In this document: one piece after another, positions 22,924 to 32,274 of the stretch | Layout of the letters: every line of letters begins with the position of its first letter | Position numbering within the stretch: the stretch's first letter is position 1 | From: an uncultured Candidatus Saccharibacteria bacterium | GTDB lineage: Bacteria > Patescibacteriota > Minisyncoccia > Phycocordibacterales > UBA9973 | Direction: 5' to 3' | NCBI GenBank assembly: GCA_964577515.1 | Contig: CAZNZN010000004.1 | Coordinates: 1 to 50,081 of the forward strand | Length of the DNA stretch: 50,081 nucleotides | The notes under the pieces: generated by a model | The model's input: the letters and a program-made list of their open reading frames with translations, nothing else | Database searches by the model: none | Told to the model about the DNA's origin: nothing | Made by a program: the position numbers and the translations under genes

Positions 22924-25623
22924 CTACGAAACAGCTTTGACTGATCGCTTTTTTACTCCTGTGTTTTGTAAAGAACTTCGTTTCTGCACTTTGTTTTTTA
23001 CACTGACGACAATGTCGTCGGCGTTTGCAGAAACGGTAACAGTATCACCAGCGACAATAGTCTGCTTGATAATACGTTCTGCAACCGGATTCAAAACTTT
23101 TGTCTGAATCAGGCGGTTGAGGGGACGAGCCCCGTACTGAGGATTATAGCCGACTCGAGCAAGATATGAAAGTGCAGCATCATCAACTGACACCGCAATC
23201 CCTTTTTCCTCGAGACGACTAAGGATTGCGCGTATACGAATACCGACAATCTCTTTGATAGCCTCGGGAGAAAGAATATCAAAGACTACGATTTCGTCAA
23301 TACGGTTCAAAAATTCTGGTCTGAAATATTCTTTGAGAGACCCTTCAACCTTATCCTTCATCTGGATGTATTCGGCATCTTGTGTGTTGTTGTGGAACCC
23401 TATTGTTTCCATTTTTTGGATAAACTGACTTCCAATATTACTTGTCATAACGATGATGGTATTTTTGAAGTTTACTCGACGCCCTTTTCCATCAGTAAGA
23501 TGCCCATCATCAAGTACTTGCAGCAAAACATTGAAGACTTCAGGGTGCGCCTTTTCTACCTCATCAAAAAGCACTACCGCGTACGGTCGATGTCGTATCG
23601 CTTCCGTAAGTTGTCCTGCTTCTTCATGTCCTACATATCCAGGAGGAGAACCAATAAGTTTTGACACCGCATGCCGTTCCATATATTCGCTCATATCAAC
23701 GCGTATAAGTGCCTTGTCATCATTGAACATAAAAGAGGCAAGCGCTTTTGTAAGTTCAGTTTTTCCTACCCCGGTAGGTCCCAAGAAGAGGAACGACCCA
23801 ATAGGACGATTTGGGTCACTGATTCCTGCACGCGCACGACGGAGAACATGTGCGATACGAGTAATCGCCTCATCTTGTCCAACAACGCGCTTTTGTAACT
23901 CAGTTTCCACATGTGCGAGTTTTTCGCGCTCTTCTTCAAGCATTTTTGTGACAGGTACCCCTGTCCAACGAGCAACCACAGCAGCGATATCTTCTTCAGT
24001 GATTTCCTCTTTCAAAACACGGCGATTTTTTTGAAGTTTTTTGAGCCGTGCGGCTTTTGCTTCGAGATCTTTCTGCAAGAGTGGAATATGTCCATAGCGA
24101 ATCTCTGCAGCACGCCCAAGATCAACTCGCTGCTCAGCACTTTCTGCTTCAAGGCGAAGCGTTTCAAGATCTTTTTTTATTTTTGATATATCTTGCAAAA
24201 GACCTTTTTCATTTTTCCATTTTATTTCGAGTTCTTTTGTTTTTTCGTGGAGATTTGCTATTTCGGTGTCAATATCTTTCAACCGTGACTTTACTCCTTT
24301 TGTATCAGTGTTTTGTGCAATATCTTTTGCAAGTGCTTCCTTTTCGATTTCGAGGCGAACTATTTTTCGGTGTGCGTCTTCAAGCGGCGCTGGTTTGTTT
24401 TCGAGTTCCATGCGAAGTGCTGATGACGCCTCATCAAGAAGATCAACCGCTTTATCTGGAAGGAACCGATTGGTAATATACCGCGCAGAAAGTTCTACTG
24501 CAGAAACAATGGCGTCATCAGTAATACGAACACTATGGTACAGTTCGTATTTTTCTTTGAGTCCCCGAAGAATAGCGATCGTATCTTCTACTGTTGGTTC
24601 ATCTATTGTCACTGGCTGAAAACGACGTGCAAGCGCTGGGTCTTTTTCAATATGCTTTTGATACTCCTTTAGAGTTGTAGCACCAATAGCGCGTATTTCC
24701 CCTCGAGCAAGTGCTGGTTTGAGTAACTGTGATAAATCTTGAGTACCCTCTGCTGCTCCTGCACCAACGATAGTGTGTACTTCATCAATAAAGAGCACTA
24801 TTTTTCCGTCAGCGCGTTCAACTTCTTTAAGAATTGCCTTTAGCCGTTCTTCAAACTCTCCTCGATACTTTGTTCCGGCAAGCAGTGACCCAATATCAAG
24901 AGAAACGATTTCTTTGTCTTTTAGTGATTCAGGAACATCACCTTTTGCGATACGTACTGCAAGACCTTCAACAACAGCAGTCTTCCCTGTTCCTGGTTCT
25001 CCAAGCAAAATAGGATTGTTCTTTGTACGGCGAGAAAGAATTTGCATGATACGCATAATCTCTGTGTCACGACCAATAACCGGATCGAGCTTGTCTTCAC
25101 GGGCAAGTTGCGTGAGATTGCGAGTAAACTTTGAAAGCATCCGGAACTTTTTACTCCCTGAAGTCTCAGGAGTTTTGTTCATACGAAACTCACTCAATGT
25201 TTGCAGCACTGTTGCGCGATCTATTTTGAATTGGTCAAGAATCTCTGAAGCTTGGTTGCGGATATCAATAAGGGCAACAAAAAGATGCTCTGTTGAAACA
25301 AAGCTGTCTTTAAGCTCTTGCGCTACTTTTAATGAATGCTCAATGGTTTGAGCAAGATCAGCAGTCAAAAACATCTGATATGATGGCGCGACTGTTGTTT
25401 GCGCTTCTCCTGTATCAATCGCTTCAAGCACGAGATCAGTGAGATGTGCAGTATCAACTTCCATACGATCAAGAAGTGCCACAATGTTTGATTCTTCCTG
25501 AACAAGAAGTGCTGAAAGAAGATGGACAGTGTTCACATTGTTCTGCCCACGTTCTATAGCCAACTCGTGCGCTCGTTTGATTGCTTCCTTTGCTTTTGTT
25601 GTAAATTGTCCTAATGGAGGCAT
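22924..25623 (-). CDS. clpB: ATP-dependent chaperone/disaggregase ClpB
   Basis: Two AAA+ modules (GEPGTGKTA and GPTGVGKTE), a long coiled-coil middle domain and N-terminal Clp repeats. 899 aa. Confidence 0.95.
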   Translation of the reverse strand: MPPLGQFTTKAKEAIKRAHELAIERGQNNVNTVHLLSALLVQEESNIVALLDRMEVDTAHLTDLVLEAIDTGEAQTTVAPSYQMFLTADLAQTIEHSLKVAQELKDSFVSTEHLFVALIDIRNQASEILDQFKIDRATVLQTLSEFRMNKTPETSGSKKFRMLSKFTRNLTQLAREDKLDPVIGRDTEIMRIMQILSRRTKNNPILLGEPGTGKTAVVEGLAVRIAKGDVPESLKDKEIVSLDIGSLLAGTKYRGEFEERLKAILKEVERADGKIVLFIDEVHTIVGAGAAEGTQDLSQLLKPALARGEIRAIGATTLKEYQKHIEKDPALARRFQPVTIDEPTVEDTIAILRGLKEKYELYHSVRITDDAIVSAVELSARYITNRFLPDKAVDLLDEASSALRMELENKPAPLEDAHRKIVRLEIEKEALAKDIAQNTDTKGVKSRLKDIDTEIANLHEKTKELEIKWKNEKGLLQDISKIKKDLETLRLEAESAEQRVDLGRAAEIRYGHIPLLQKDLEAKAARLKKLQKNRRVLKEEITEEDIAAVVARWTGVPVTKMLEEEREKLAHVETELQKRVVGQDEAITRIAHVLRRARAGISDPNRPIGSFLFLGPTGVGKTELTKALASFMFNDDKALIRVDMSEYMERHAVSKLIGSPPGYVGHEEAGQLTEAIRHRPYAVVLFDEVEKAHPEVFNVLLQVLDDGHLTDGKGRRVNFKNTIIVMTSNIGSQFIQKMETIGFHNNTQDAEYIQMKDKVEGSLKEYFRPEFLNRIDEIVVFDILSPEAIKEIVGIRIRAILSRLEEKGIAVSVDDAALSYLARVGYNPQYGARPLNRLIQTKVLNPVAERIIKQTIVAGDTVTVSANADDIVVSVKNKVQKRSSLQNTGVKKRSVKAVS

Positions 25624-25713
25624 ATAAAACGTTAAAAACTAAAAACAAATCCAATAATATGTTTCTCTCTGTCCTGCGGTCAAAAAAGTCGTTACGGCTT
25701 ACGGTATATGGGT

Positions 25714-25739
25714 ACTATAACACAAAAGGGTTCTAGAAC
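25714..25739 (-). promoter_or_regulatory. clpB promoter region: extended -10 TGtTATAGT plus a 10-bp perfect palindrome GTTCTAGAAC over the -35 position
   Basis: On the minus strand, TATAGT is at 25719-25714 with TG at 25722-25721. The palindrome is at 25730-25739. Confidence 0.4.
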
Positions 25740-25747
25740 GTACTGGC

Positions 25748-26941
25748 TTAGCGGTTATATTTTTTCATGACTGACACAAGCGCACGAACGCAGCGGAGAA
25801 GGTCTTTTTTTGTTGTTCTTCTCCCAAAAGACACACGTATTGCCCCTATGGTCTGCCCCGGGTACAACAGAGAAAGAACTGCTGACTGCTCATCCTCTTC
25901 ATTTTTGCATGCACTTTTTGCAGAAACAGCGATACCCCGCGCATCGAGTTCAAGCACTAAAAGCTCACTGTCAAAATCAGGGACACCAATGTGAGTGATA
26001 TGTGACGCTCGGTCCCCTTCAGAGAATATACGTACTTGAGGAATCTTTTCTTTCAGTTTTTTTTCAAAGAAAGACTGCAGCACACTAAAGCGACGATGTG
26101 TTTGTTCACGACGACTTTGCGCATATGAAAGTGCGTACGCAAACTCATGAATAAGAGCCACAGCTTCTGTTCCTGGTCGGATACCTTGTTCTTGTCCACC
26201 ACCAAACAACAGCGGCGCTATAGTTACCCCTCGACGCTTGAAAAGCAACCCTACACCTTTATGACAATATAACTTGGTAGCACCAAGCGTAAGCATGTCG
26301 ACACCTAGACGAAGTACGTGCAGATCGTGTGTCAACGGAGCTTGTGTAGCATCTACATGAAAAAGTATTTCTTTGTCAGGATAGTTTTTTCGAAGTGCAC
26401 GAATTTGCTTTGCAATTTCTCGTATCGGTTGTACCGCTCCTATTTCATTTTGGATGTACAACACTGATATCAGCACAACAGCAACATCATCAGGAATAGT
26501 GATAGCTTTTGGAACAACATATCCGGACTCTTGTACAAGTGAACATACACGCAGATCTGGGTGTATCTGACTAGCAGTCTCGAGAACTGCAGCATGCTCA
26601 AACGGACTTGTGTAGAGAGCGATACTGCTCGCAGGCACTCCTCGAGTAATCGCTGCACGCACATACCCATGAAGCGCAATGTTATCTGATTCAGTTGCGT
26701 TGCTCGTAAAAATGATTTCGTCGGTGTGCGCACCTATTGCCGTAGCAGCAACAGCACGAGCGTTAGTGAGCACCTTTCGTAGCCCAACCCCTTCTTTATG
26801 AAGTGCACTCGGATTTGCTCCAGAGTACTCAGCAGGAATAGTGGGCACGCCCCGAAGCATACGAAAATCAACAGGGGTACTTGATGCAAAATCAAGATAC
26901 ACTCGCCCTTGTATGTTCTGTAGAAAACGCTTGAAAAACAT
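25748..26941 (-). CDS. Cysteine desulfurase (class V aminotransferase, NifS/IscS-like)
   Basis: TSNATESDNIALHG, HVDATQA, GATKLYCHKGVG (PLP-Lys region) and SAKSACKNEE (active-site Cys region). Confidence 0.85.
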   Translation of the reverse strand: MFFKRFLQNIQGRVYLDFASSTPVDFRMLRGVPTIPAEYSGANPSALHKEGVGLRKVLTNARAVAATAIGAHTDEIIFTSNATESDNIALHGYVRAAITRGVPASSIALYTSPFEHAAVLETASQIHPDLRVCSLVQESGYVVPKAITIPDDVAVVLISVLYIQNEIGAVQPIREIAKQIRALRKNYPDKEILFHVDATQAPLTHDLHVLRLGVDMLTLGATKLYCHKGVGLLFKRRGVTIAPLLFGGGQEQGIRPGTEAVALIHEFAYALSYAQSRREQTHRRFSVLQSFFEKKLKEKIPQVRIFSEGDRASHITHIGVPDFDSELLVLELDARGIAVSAKSACKNEEDEQSAVLSLLYPGQTIGAIRVSFGRRTTKKDLLRCVRALVSVMKKYNR

Positions 26942-26958
26942 GGAAAAATCAGTATAAT

Positions 26959-27441
26959 ATGGTGGCTATGATACAGAGTATACCACCGTGGCTTCTTGCC
27001 GTCTTGGCGACCCTTTGTATCAGCACTGTAGTGCTGATTGTTGTTTCTGTACAGCTCTACAAACGGCTCCGTGTGTTTATGCGAGGAAAAAACGGGGCTT
27101 CGCTTGAAGCAACACTTGCCTGGCTTACACAAAAGCATGCCCAAGTAGACGACACTCTCCAGGCGCACAAGAAAGCGCTTGAGATGATTGATGCACGTGT
27201 CAAAAAGAGCATTCGAGGATACTCACTTGTACGCTACGATGCCTATGAAGATATTGGTGGGAATCAAAGTTTTGCCTCAGGGCTTATTGATGAACACGGC
27301 GATGGTTATGTGCTTTCAGTAATCAGCAACAGAAACCATATCGGTGTCTATGCAAAACCAGTACAACGAGGGACAGCACTCGCCACACTTACTCCTGAAG
27401 AAACAACTGCGCTTGAGACAGCAAAGAAAAGTATTTACTAA
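26959..27441 (+). CDS. DUF4446-like membrane-anchored protein
   Basis: An N-terminal TM segment, a coiled segment, then GYSLVRYDAYEDIGGNQSFASGLIDEHGDGYVLSVI. The start may be the fourth codon (26968), given a TATAAT directly upstream. Confidence 0.7.
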   Translation: MVAMIQSIPPWLLAVLATLCISTVVLIVVSVQLYKRLRVFMRGKNGASLEATLAWLTQKHAQVDDTLQAHKKALEMIDARVKKSIRGYSLVRYDAYEDIGGNQSFASGLIDEHGDGYVLSVISNRNHIGVYAKPVQRGTALATLTPEETTALETAKKSIY

Positions 27442-27459
27442 CACAAACCATCTATTTTT

Positions 27460-28947
27460 ATGAAAAACATTACTCCTACACACAGACAACCAGTCATCGC
27501 AATCATGGGTCACATCGACCATGGGAAATCAACGCTGCTTGACTATATTAGAAAATCAAACATTGTTGCAGGGGAAGCAGGTGGTATTACACAACACTTA
27601 AGTGCTTACGAAATCACTATCCCCTATCAAGAGTCGCAAGCAGCACTTACCTTTCTTGATACTCCAGGACATGCCGCCTTTACTGGCATGCGTGAGCGTG
27701 GGGCAAGTGCTGCAGATATTGCAGTCCTTGTTGTCTCTGCAGAAGACGGTGTAAAAGCACAAACACTTGAAGCGCTTAGTACTATAAAAAATGCAGGTAT
27801 CCCCTTTGTTGTTGCAATCAATAAAATTGATCGACCAGAGGCAAATATCGAGAAAACAAAACTCTCCCTTGCTGAGCACGAAGTACTTGTCGAAGGATTT
27901 GGTGGATCAGTACCGTGGGTAGGTATTTCTGCAAAAGTAGGAACCAATGTTACTGAACTCCTCGAAACCATCTTACTCGTAGCTGAAATGGAGAACTTCA
28001 CTTATGATGCAACAAAGAAAGCTGAAGGGATCATTATCGAAAGTCGTCTTGAATCAAAACGAGGTATTGCCGCAACAGCAATCATCAAAGATGGTGTACT
28101 AAAAAAAGGACAGTTTGTCGTAGCGGGGACTTCATACACCACCACTCGAATCATGGAAAACTTCCTTGGACAGAGCATCGATGAAGCTCCCGCAGGGACA
28201 CCTGTACAACTCGTAGGCTTTGACGTCCTCCCTGAAGTAGGTGCTGGAATTGTGGTATTTGATAAAAAACGCGACGCTGAAGACTATATCGAAGAAACAC
28301 TCCGATCAAACAAAAAAGCTGTTGACCATACCGAAGGTGTTGGGAAGAAAATAGTGCCCCTTATCATTAAAACCGATGTCTTTGGTACTGCAGAAGCGAT
28401 AGAAAAAGAGCTGAAGAAAATGCATGTAGAAGGGCTCTATATAAAGATCATCGGGAAGGGTATCGGGGCTATCGGAGAAGCTGATATCAAACTCGCACAA
28501 TCAGACAAAGAAACTATTATTTTAGGATTCAACACCACCCTTGATGCTGCAGGGAGAGATCTCAATGAAAAAGTGGGAGCGACCGTACAAACGTTTGACA
28601 TCATCTACAAACTTACTGAATGGCTTGCAGAAGAGCTCGAACGTCGTCGCCCACGTATAGAAACAAGAGAAGTGATTGGTACCGCAAAAGTACTCAAGAC
28701 ATTTTCAAAAACAAAAGAACGCCAAGTCGTCGGATGTCGTATCGTTGAAGGGACTATAAAAGACGGAGCGAAAGTCACTATTGTGCGTCGGGACTTCCCT
28801 CTCACCGAAGGAACTATTGTGGAGGTACAACAGGCACGCCAAAAACTCAAAGAAATCAGTGAAGGAGAATGCGGTCTCATGGTGGAATGTAAAACTGACA
28901 TTGCAGAAGGAGATGTCCTTGAAGCATTTATCATGGTAACAAAATAA
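27460..28947 (+). CDS. infB: Translation initiation factor IF-2 (short form, no long N-terminal region)
   Basis: GHIDHGKSTLLD, DTPGH and NKID G-domain motifs. 495 aa. Confidence 0.93.
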   Translation: MKNITPTHRQPVIAIMGHIDHGKSTLLDYIRKSNIVAGEAGGITQHLSAYEITIPYQESQAALTFLDTPGHAAFTGMRERGASAADIAVLVVSAEDGVKAQTLEALSTIKNAGIPFVVAINKIDRPEANIEKTKLSLAEHEVLVEGFGGSVPWVGISAKVGTNVTELLETILLVAEMENFTYDATKKAEGIIIESRLESKRGIAATAIIKDGVLKKGQFVVAGTSYTTTRIMENFLGQSIDEAPAGTPVQLVGFDVLPEVGAGIVVFDKKRDAEDYIEETLRSNKKAVDHTEGVGKKIVPLIIKTDVFGTAEAIEKELKKMHVEGLYIKIIGKGIGAIGEADIKLAQSDKETIILGFNTTLDAAGRDLNEKVGATVQTFDIIYKLTEWLAEELERRRPRIETREVIGTAKVLKTFSKTKERQVVGCRIVEGTIKDGAKVTIVRRDFPLTEGTIVEVQQARQKLKEISEGECGLMVECKTDIAEGDVLEAFIMVTK

Positions 28948-28949
28948 GT

Positions 28950-29279
28950 ATGGATACAGGAAAACAAGAAAAAATAGAGCAGCAAATCAAAGAGACCGCA
29001 GCAGCGTTTATCGAACGTGAGAGCAATAAAACAGCGCTCATCACTATCACTCGAGTAACACTTCTTGACCGAGGGCGAACAGCGACTATTTTCTTTAGCG
29101 TGCTCCCAGAAAGTGCTGAAGAAAGTGCACTCAATTTTCTCAAACGAAAACGAGCAGAACTCAGAGAAACGATCAAGAAAGCACTCTCAGTCCACACTAT
29201 CCCCTTTATCGATGTCATGATTGACAAAGGAGAGAAAGCTCGACACACTATAGAAGCGTTGCTTGCTTCAGACAAGTAA
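28950..29279 (+). CDS. rbfA: Ribosome-binding factor A
   Basis: It sits directly after infB. At 109 aa it has an RbfA-like pattern (ITITRVTLLDRGRTATIFFSVL ... IPFIDVMID). Confidence 0.78.
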   Translation: MDTGKQEKIEQQIKETAAAFIERESNKTALITITRVTLLDRGRTATIFFSVLPESAEESALNFLKRKRAELRETIKKALSVHTIPFIDVMIDKGEKARHTIEALLASDK

Positions 29280-29288
29280 CCAATTACC

Positions 29289-29360
29289 GGTCCGGTGGCC
29301 AAGTGGTAAGGCAGAGATCTGCAAAATCTCTATACGCGAGTTCGATTCTCGCCCGGACCT
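29289..29360 (+). tRNA. tRNA-Cys (anticodon GCA), no encoded CCA
   Basis: Manual fold: acceptor GGTCCGG/CCGGACC, anticodon stem GAGAT/ATCTC with loop CTGCAAA, T-arm GCGAG-TTCGATT-CTCGC, discriminator T. Confidence 0.9.
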
Positions 29361-29503
29361 CAGTGCGTAGCACTGACCTCTTTCCTAAGAGAATCGAACT
29401 TGGGAAGGGGTCGGGAAACCGGAGTTTCCCGCGGGAGGAAGGCCTGGGAAAACCGTGGGTTTCCCAAGAGTGAGATAGTGTAACGTCTCGCCCGGACCTC
29501 AGT
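29347..29503 (+). repeat. 18-nt direct repeat (29347-29364 and 29486-29503) duplicating the tRNA-Cys 3' end, flanking a 121-nt GC-rich structured insert
   Basis: Exact repeat TCTCGCCCGGACCTCAGT. An inverted 12-mer GAGAATCGAACT (29389-29400) is complementary to the T-arm at 29339-29350. Hairpins are CAGTGC-gta-GCACTG and GGGAAAC-cgga-GTTTCCC, and GGGAAA/TTTCCC is enclosed by CTTGGGA/TCCCAAG. Confidence 0.9.
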
Positions 29504-29519
29504 ACTATCAAATATATTT

Positions 29520-29602
29520 GCCCGAGTGATGGAATGGTAGACATAGGGGACTTAAAATCCCCAGGCCGCAAGGCCGTGTGGGTTCGAGTCCCACCTCGGG
29601 CA
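29520..29602 (+). tRNA. tRNA-Leu (anticodon UAA), class II
   Basis: Acceptor GCCCGAG/CTCGGGC, anticodon stem GGGGA/TCCCC with loop CTTAAAA, variable stem GGCC-gcaa-GGCC, T-arm GTGGG-TTCGAGT-CCCAC, discriminator A. Confidence 0.9.
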
Positions 29603-29653
29603 CAAAAAGAAAAACCTGCAGCATTGCAAGTTTTTTACAAATATTTTTTCACC

Positions 29654-29884
29654 TTATTCCCAAACAACTTTCTCGTCCCAAAAGTATATATGCCTCCCTT
29701 TTATATACAGGAAGTCAGCAATGTCCCTCGCTTTGCCAGCAAGGCAAGAGAGTGCGTTTCGCAGCAATCCTCTCTTTGTAGGAGCTTCAGCGTCAATTTG
29801 ATAAAAAGGTGCTTTTTCACCATCACGTCCAATAGTAAAGAAAGAGTATGTTCTTTTTTCCATAACAGATTGATTTGAAACCAT
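29654..29884 (-). CDS. Hypothetical small protein (start uncertain: 29884 or 29863)
   Basis: It is the only sizeable ORF in the 29603-29925 gap. It lies downstream of the tRNA terminator, with TGtGATACT just upstream. No recognisable motif. Confidence 0.3.
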   Translation of the reverse strand: MVSNQSVMEKRTYSFFTIGRDGEKAPFYQIDAEAPTKRGLLRNALSCLAGKARDIADFLYIKGRHIYFWDEKVVWE

Positions 29885-29924
29885 AGTATCACAGTAAAAC
29901 GCTACACAAAAGAGTACCCTCACC

Positions 29925-29962
29925 AAAACAAAAGACACCGATCACTTCGGTGTCTTTTGTTT
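29925..29962. terminator. Intrinsic terminator after the minus-strand tRNA pair
   Basis: AAAGACACCGA-tcact-TCGGTGTCTTT. On the minus strand it is followed by TGTTTTGG. Confidence 0.8.
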
Positions 29963-30038
29963 TGGTGCCCCCAGTAGGATTTGAACCTACGACCGTCTCC
30001 TTAAGAGGGAGCTGCTCTACCAACTGAGCTATAGGGGC
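29963..30038 (-). tRNA. tRNA-Lys (anticodon CUU), CCA encoded
   Basis: Reverse complement: GCCCCTA..GCTC AGTTGGTA GAGC..loop CTCTTAA..GTAGG-TTCAAAT-CCTAC-TGGGGGC-A-CCA. Confidence 0.9.
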
Positions 30039-30057
30039 AGTATATTCGGCAGCTGTG

Positions 30058-30139
30058 TGCCGGGGAGAGGACTTGAACCTCCATGGATCGCTCCGCTTGC
30101 TCCTAAGGCAAGTGCGTCTACCAATTTCGCCACCCCGGC
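30058..30139 (-). tRNA. tRNA-Leu (anticodon UAG), class II
   Basis: Reverse complement: acceptor GCCGGGG/CCCCGGC, anticodon stem CTTGC/GCAAG with loop CTTAGGA, a long variable arm, T-loop TTCAAGT, discriminator A. Confidence 0.88.
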
Positions 30140-30161
30140 AATGGAGCGCAGAATAACCATG

Positions 30162-30190
30162 ATTTTACAACACTACTTCCCTATTTTCAA
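30162..30190 (-). promoter_or_regulatory. Sigma70-type promoter of the tRNA-Leu/tRNA-Lys pair
   Basis: Minus strand: TTGAAA (30190-30185), 17 nt, TAAAAT (30167-30162), about 22 nt upstream of the tRNA 5' end. Confidence 0.6.
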
Positions 30191-30217
30191 GCGTTTTGAG
30201 CCCCTGATGTAAGGTGC

Positions 30218-30246
30218 TTGACATTTTAGGTAAATTATGATACAAT
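30218..30246 (+). promoter_or_regulatory. Near-consensus promoter TTGACA-17-TGaTACAAT
   Basis: TTGACA at 30218-30223 and TACAAT at 30241-30246 with an upstream TG. Confidence 0.7.
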
Positions 30247-30288
30247 ATACTTAAGAAAATAAATCAAAAAACCAATAAATTTTTCATT

Positions 30289-30738
30289 ATGAAAAAAGTT
30301 ATTCTGTTCTTTTCAGTAGTATTGCTCAGCGTAACCGCATTCGCACAACCCTGCAACAGCTGCCCGGTCCCCGTGGCTGGTCAGCAACAGCAGATACAAC
30401 AACCGACAACATTTGTCGGCACAGCGATTTCAAACAGTCCCTTAGTACCCGGAAAAGCGTACAAAGGAACTGCGTACATCAAAATGTACACCCCTGACTT
30501 TACACAGACAGTCTCTGTCTCTGTGTGGATCATGGGGAGGGAGTATGAGACTGTGGCAACAATCCCCGATTGGGCTACGCCGAACTGTTGGCAATGTTTG
30601 TTTAAAGAAAATCGCATGGCGAAAATGAACCCTGCAACCGGAAGAGTTGAGTACGTCACTCCTATACCGGTAAGGATCCAACAATTGATTGTTGGATCCG
30701 AAGGTGACATCACTTCAGTGCAACTCAACTTGCGCTGA
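30289..30738 (+). CDS. Secreted protein of unknown function (signal peptide, Gln-rich N-terminus, 4 Cys)
   Basis: MKKVILFFSVVLLSVTAFAQ signal peptide followed by PCNSCPVPVAGQQQQIQQ. It has a strong promoter and a terminator. Confidence 0.65.
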   Translation: MKKVILFFSVVLLSVTAFAQPCNSCPVPVAGQQQQIQQPTTFVGTAISNSPLVPGKAYKGTAYIKMYTPDFTQTVSVSVWIMGREYETVATIPDWATPNCWQCLFKENRMAKMNPATGRVEYVTPIPVRIQQLIVGSEGDITSVQLNLR

Positions 30739-30751
30739 GACCCTGAGCATC

Positions 30752-30790
30752 AAAACAAACCCCTTCCATTCCTGGAAGGGGTTATTTCGT
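30752..30790. terminator. Bidirectional intrinsic terminator
   Basis: CCCCTTCCA-ttcc-TGGAAGGGG flanked by A-rich and T-rich runs, between convergent genes. Confidence 0.8.
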
Positions 30791-31062
30791 TATAAGTCGT
30801 TTCGAATGTTTGCTGCTTTTTCTGCGTCAGAAAGTATAGATTCTACAGTATCAAGTTCTTTCATCATTTCGATAGCTGTTTTCTTTGTAGCATCAAGAGC
30901 CGCTTCTTTTGCTACTGCATCAGCGAAAAACGCAAAAGCGATTTCTTTTTTTATTTGCTCAGGAAAATCATTGAGGTGTTCTATAAGGAATGCTCGAGCC
31001 CCCTCCTCATCTCCGCTTTCAATAAAAGAAACAAATGCATCGTGTAATTCTTGTTGTGTCAT
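30790..31062 (-). CDS. Small acidic helical protein, unknown function
   Basis: 90-aa ORF lying 9 nt downstream of the 355-aa gene. No TM segment and no known motif. Confidence 0.55.
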   Translation of the reverse strand: MTQQELHDAFVSFIESGDEEGARAFLIEHLNDFPEQIKKEIAFAFFADAVAKEAALDATKKTAIEMMKELDTVESILSDAEKAANIRNDL

Positions 31063-31071
31063 ATATAACTC

Positions 31072-32139
31072 TTAGTTAAGATTACCTTTATTTTTATCAA
31101 CAAACGAACCAAGAAAGATTGAGAAAACAGATCCCCAAAAACCTCCTTTTTTATTTTCAGTAAATGCTTGCTTCTGTTTTTCTATAAATGCTTTCCTAAG
31201 TTCCTCTTTTTGGTCTTCATCAGTAAGATTTTCCCAATCAACAGTACTCTTGTACTCTGCCCAAGAAGTTTCAAAAGCAGCGGTTGTAGGAATCTTCCCT
31301 TTCGCCTCTCTAAACCCCATCTTTTGCTCACGCTCAATCTTGTCTCCAACGAGATCTTTTGCGAGATTGGTGCGTATTTCATCGTTTCCCACAAGCCCTG
31401 CGACAAGTTCCCCTACATTTGATTGATGGTGTCGCATCTGTTCAAGCATTGCTTCAACATCTTCTTTTCGAGAATCCATAAGGGCAACGCGATTTTTTGA
31501 CCAAGCCCCAGCAGATACCCAGTCAGCAGCTTTTCTAAACCATCCGTACCCTTCTCGGACCGCACCACGAAGTTGCTTTTTACGATCTTCTGGATCTTCA
31601 GTAGCAAGTGCTTCCATATATTTCTTTGGTGAAATATTTTTTTTCTTACAGAGATCTTCAAGTTCTTTGTCGAGAGGATTAAAATAATCTTCCTTAAAGC
31701 GATTTTGATCCTCTACAGCAGATGCGAGAAAGTCAAAGGTCCATGGATCATTCATTGCCATCCCTGCAAGTTTTTCTTTTACAATAGATTTGTATGACTC
31801 AGGACCAACAAGAGCTACAATCTTTTGTAGTTCAGGGTTATTTTTTGCATATGCATTGATAACATCTTCATTGATAGACTCTTTGACAGTGTTCGCGCGC
31901 TCTTTCCGCATGAGAAATTCTTTCCGGTAACGGTCAAGCCCTTCTATATCTGACTCTTCCAGTTCACCACGAGTAAGCTTCGCGACGAGGTCTGTTTCAT
32001 CGTTATATTTTAAAAGTTCCCCAAACAAGTCACTGTCTTCCGGTTTTGCTAAGACTTCTTTTAATGATGGCTCCCATGCTGGTTTTTGCCCTTCGGGGTT
32101 TTCATTGTGTTCTTGTTGTTTTTGGTATGTTTCTAGCAT
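31072..32139 (-). CDS. Charged helical protein of unknown function with a hydrophobic C-terminal tail
   Basis: 355-aa ORF rich in E, K and D, with a C-terminal GGFWGSVFSIFLGSFV segment. Transcribed divergently from the SPFH-like gene. Confidence 0.6.
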   Translation of the reverse strand: MLETYQKQQEHNENPEGQKPAWEPSLKEVLAKPEDSDLFGELLKYNDETDLVAKLTRGELEESDIEGLDRYRKEFLMRKERANTVKESINEDVINAYAKNNPELQKIVALVGPESYKSIVKEKLAGMAMNDPWTFDFLASAVEDQNRFKEDYFNPLDKELEDLCKKKNISPKKYMEALATEDPEDRKKQLRGAVREGYGWFRKAADWVSAGAWSKNRVALMDSRKEDVEAMLEQMRHHQSNVGELVAGLVGNDEIRTNLAKDLVGDKIEREQKMGFREAKGKIPTTAAFETSWAEYKSTVDWENLTDEDQKEELRKAFIEKQKQAFTENKKGGFWGSVFSIFLGSFVDKNKGNLN

Positions 32140-32196
32140 ATATGAAAATTATCTTTATACCCTTAAATGATACGGTTTTTGGATGATAAAACATAG

Positions 32197-32226
32197 TTGA
32201 CAAAATAGGTATTATTGTGTTATAAT
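32197..32226 (+). promoter_or_regulatory. Promoter TTGACA-18-TGtTATAAT of the SPFH-like operon
   Basis: TTGACA at 32197-32202 and TATAAT at 32221-32226 with an upstream TG. It overlaps the ORF-track N-terminal extension, which was therefore dropped. Confidence 0.65.
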
Positions 32227-32274
32227 ATAATAGAAATTGTAATCAATAATTCTTTCACAATAAAAACTACAGTC

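Noticed and set aside
23380-25351. Several long plus-strand ORFs (up to 193 aa) inside the clpB region
   Set aside because: They lie antisense to an unambiguous 899-aa ClpB reading frame. Their Ser/Arg/Phe-rich low-complexity translations are typical of the antisense frame of a conserved gene. They have no promoter or terminator of their own.
25650-25700. GGTCAAAAAAGTCGTTA in the clpB leader, considered as a CtsR operator
   Set aside because: Only the first heptad matches GGTCAAA. The second half matches 4/7, and the site lies downstream of the predicted start rather than over the promoter.
26734-27168. 144-aa minus-strand ORF spanning the desulfurase / DUF4446 intergenic region
   Set aside because: It overlaps two better-supported genes and their promoter region, and it has no motif or signal.
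29398-29468. Repeated GGGAAAC/GTTTCCC-type hairpins, considered as a CRISPR remnant or a tRNA pseudogene
   Set aside because: There are only two imperfect units, with no spacer periodicity and no cas genes. Attempts to fold 29405-29500 as a cloverleaf (GGTCGGG as the 5' acceptor) failed for the D and anticodon arms. It is reported instead as a structured insert.
29534-29878. 114-aa plus-strand ORF starting inside tRNA-Leu(UAA)
   Set aside because: It overlaps a confident tRNA gene and has no independent signals. The opposite-strand small ORF is only weakly supported as well.
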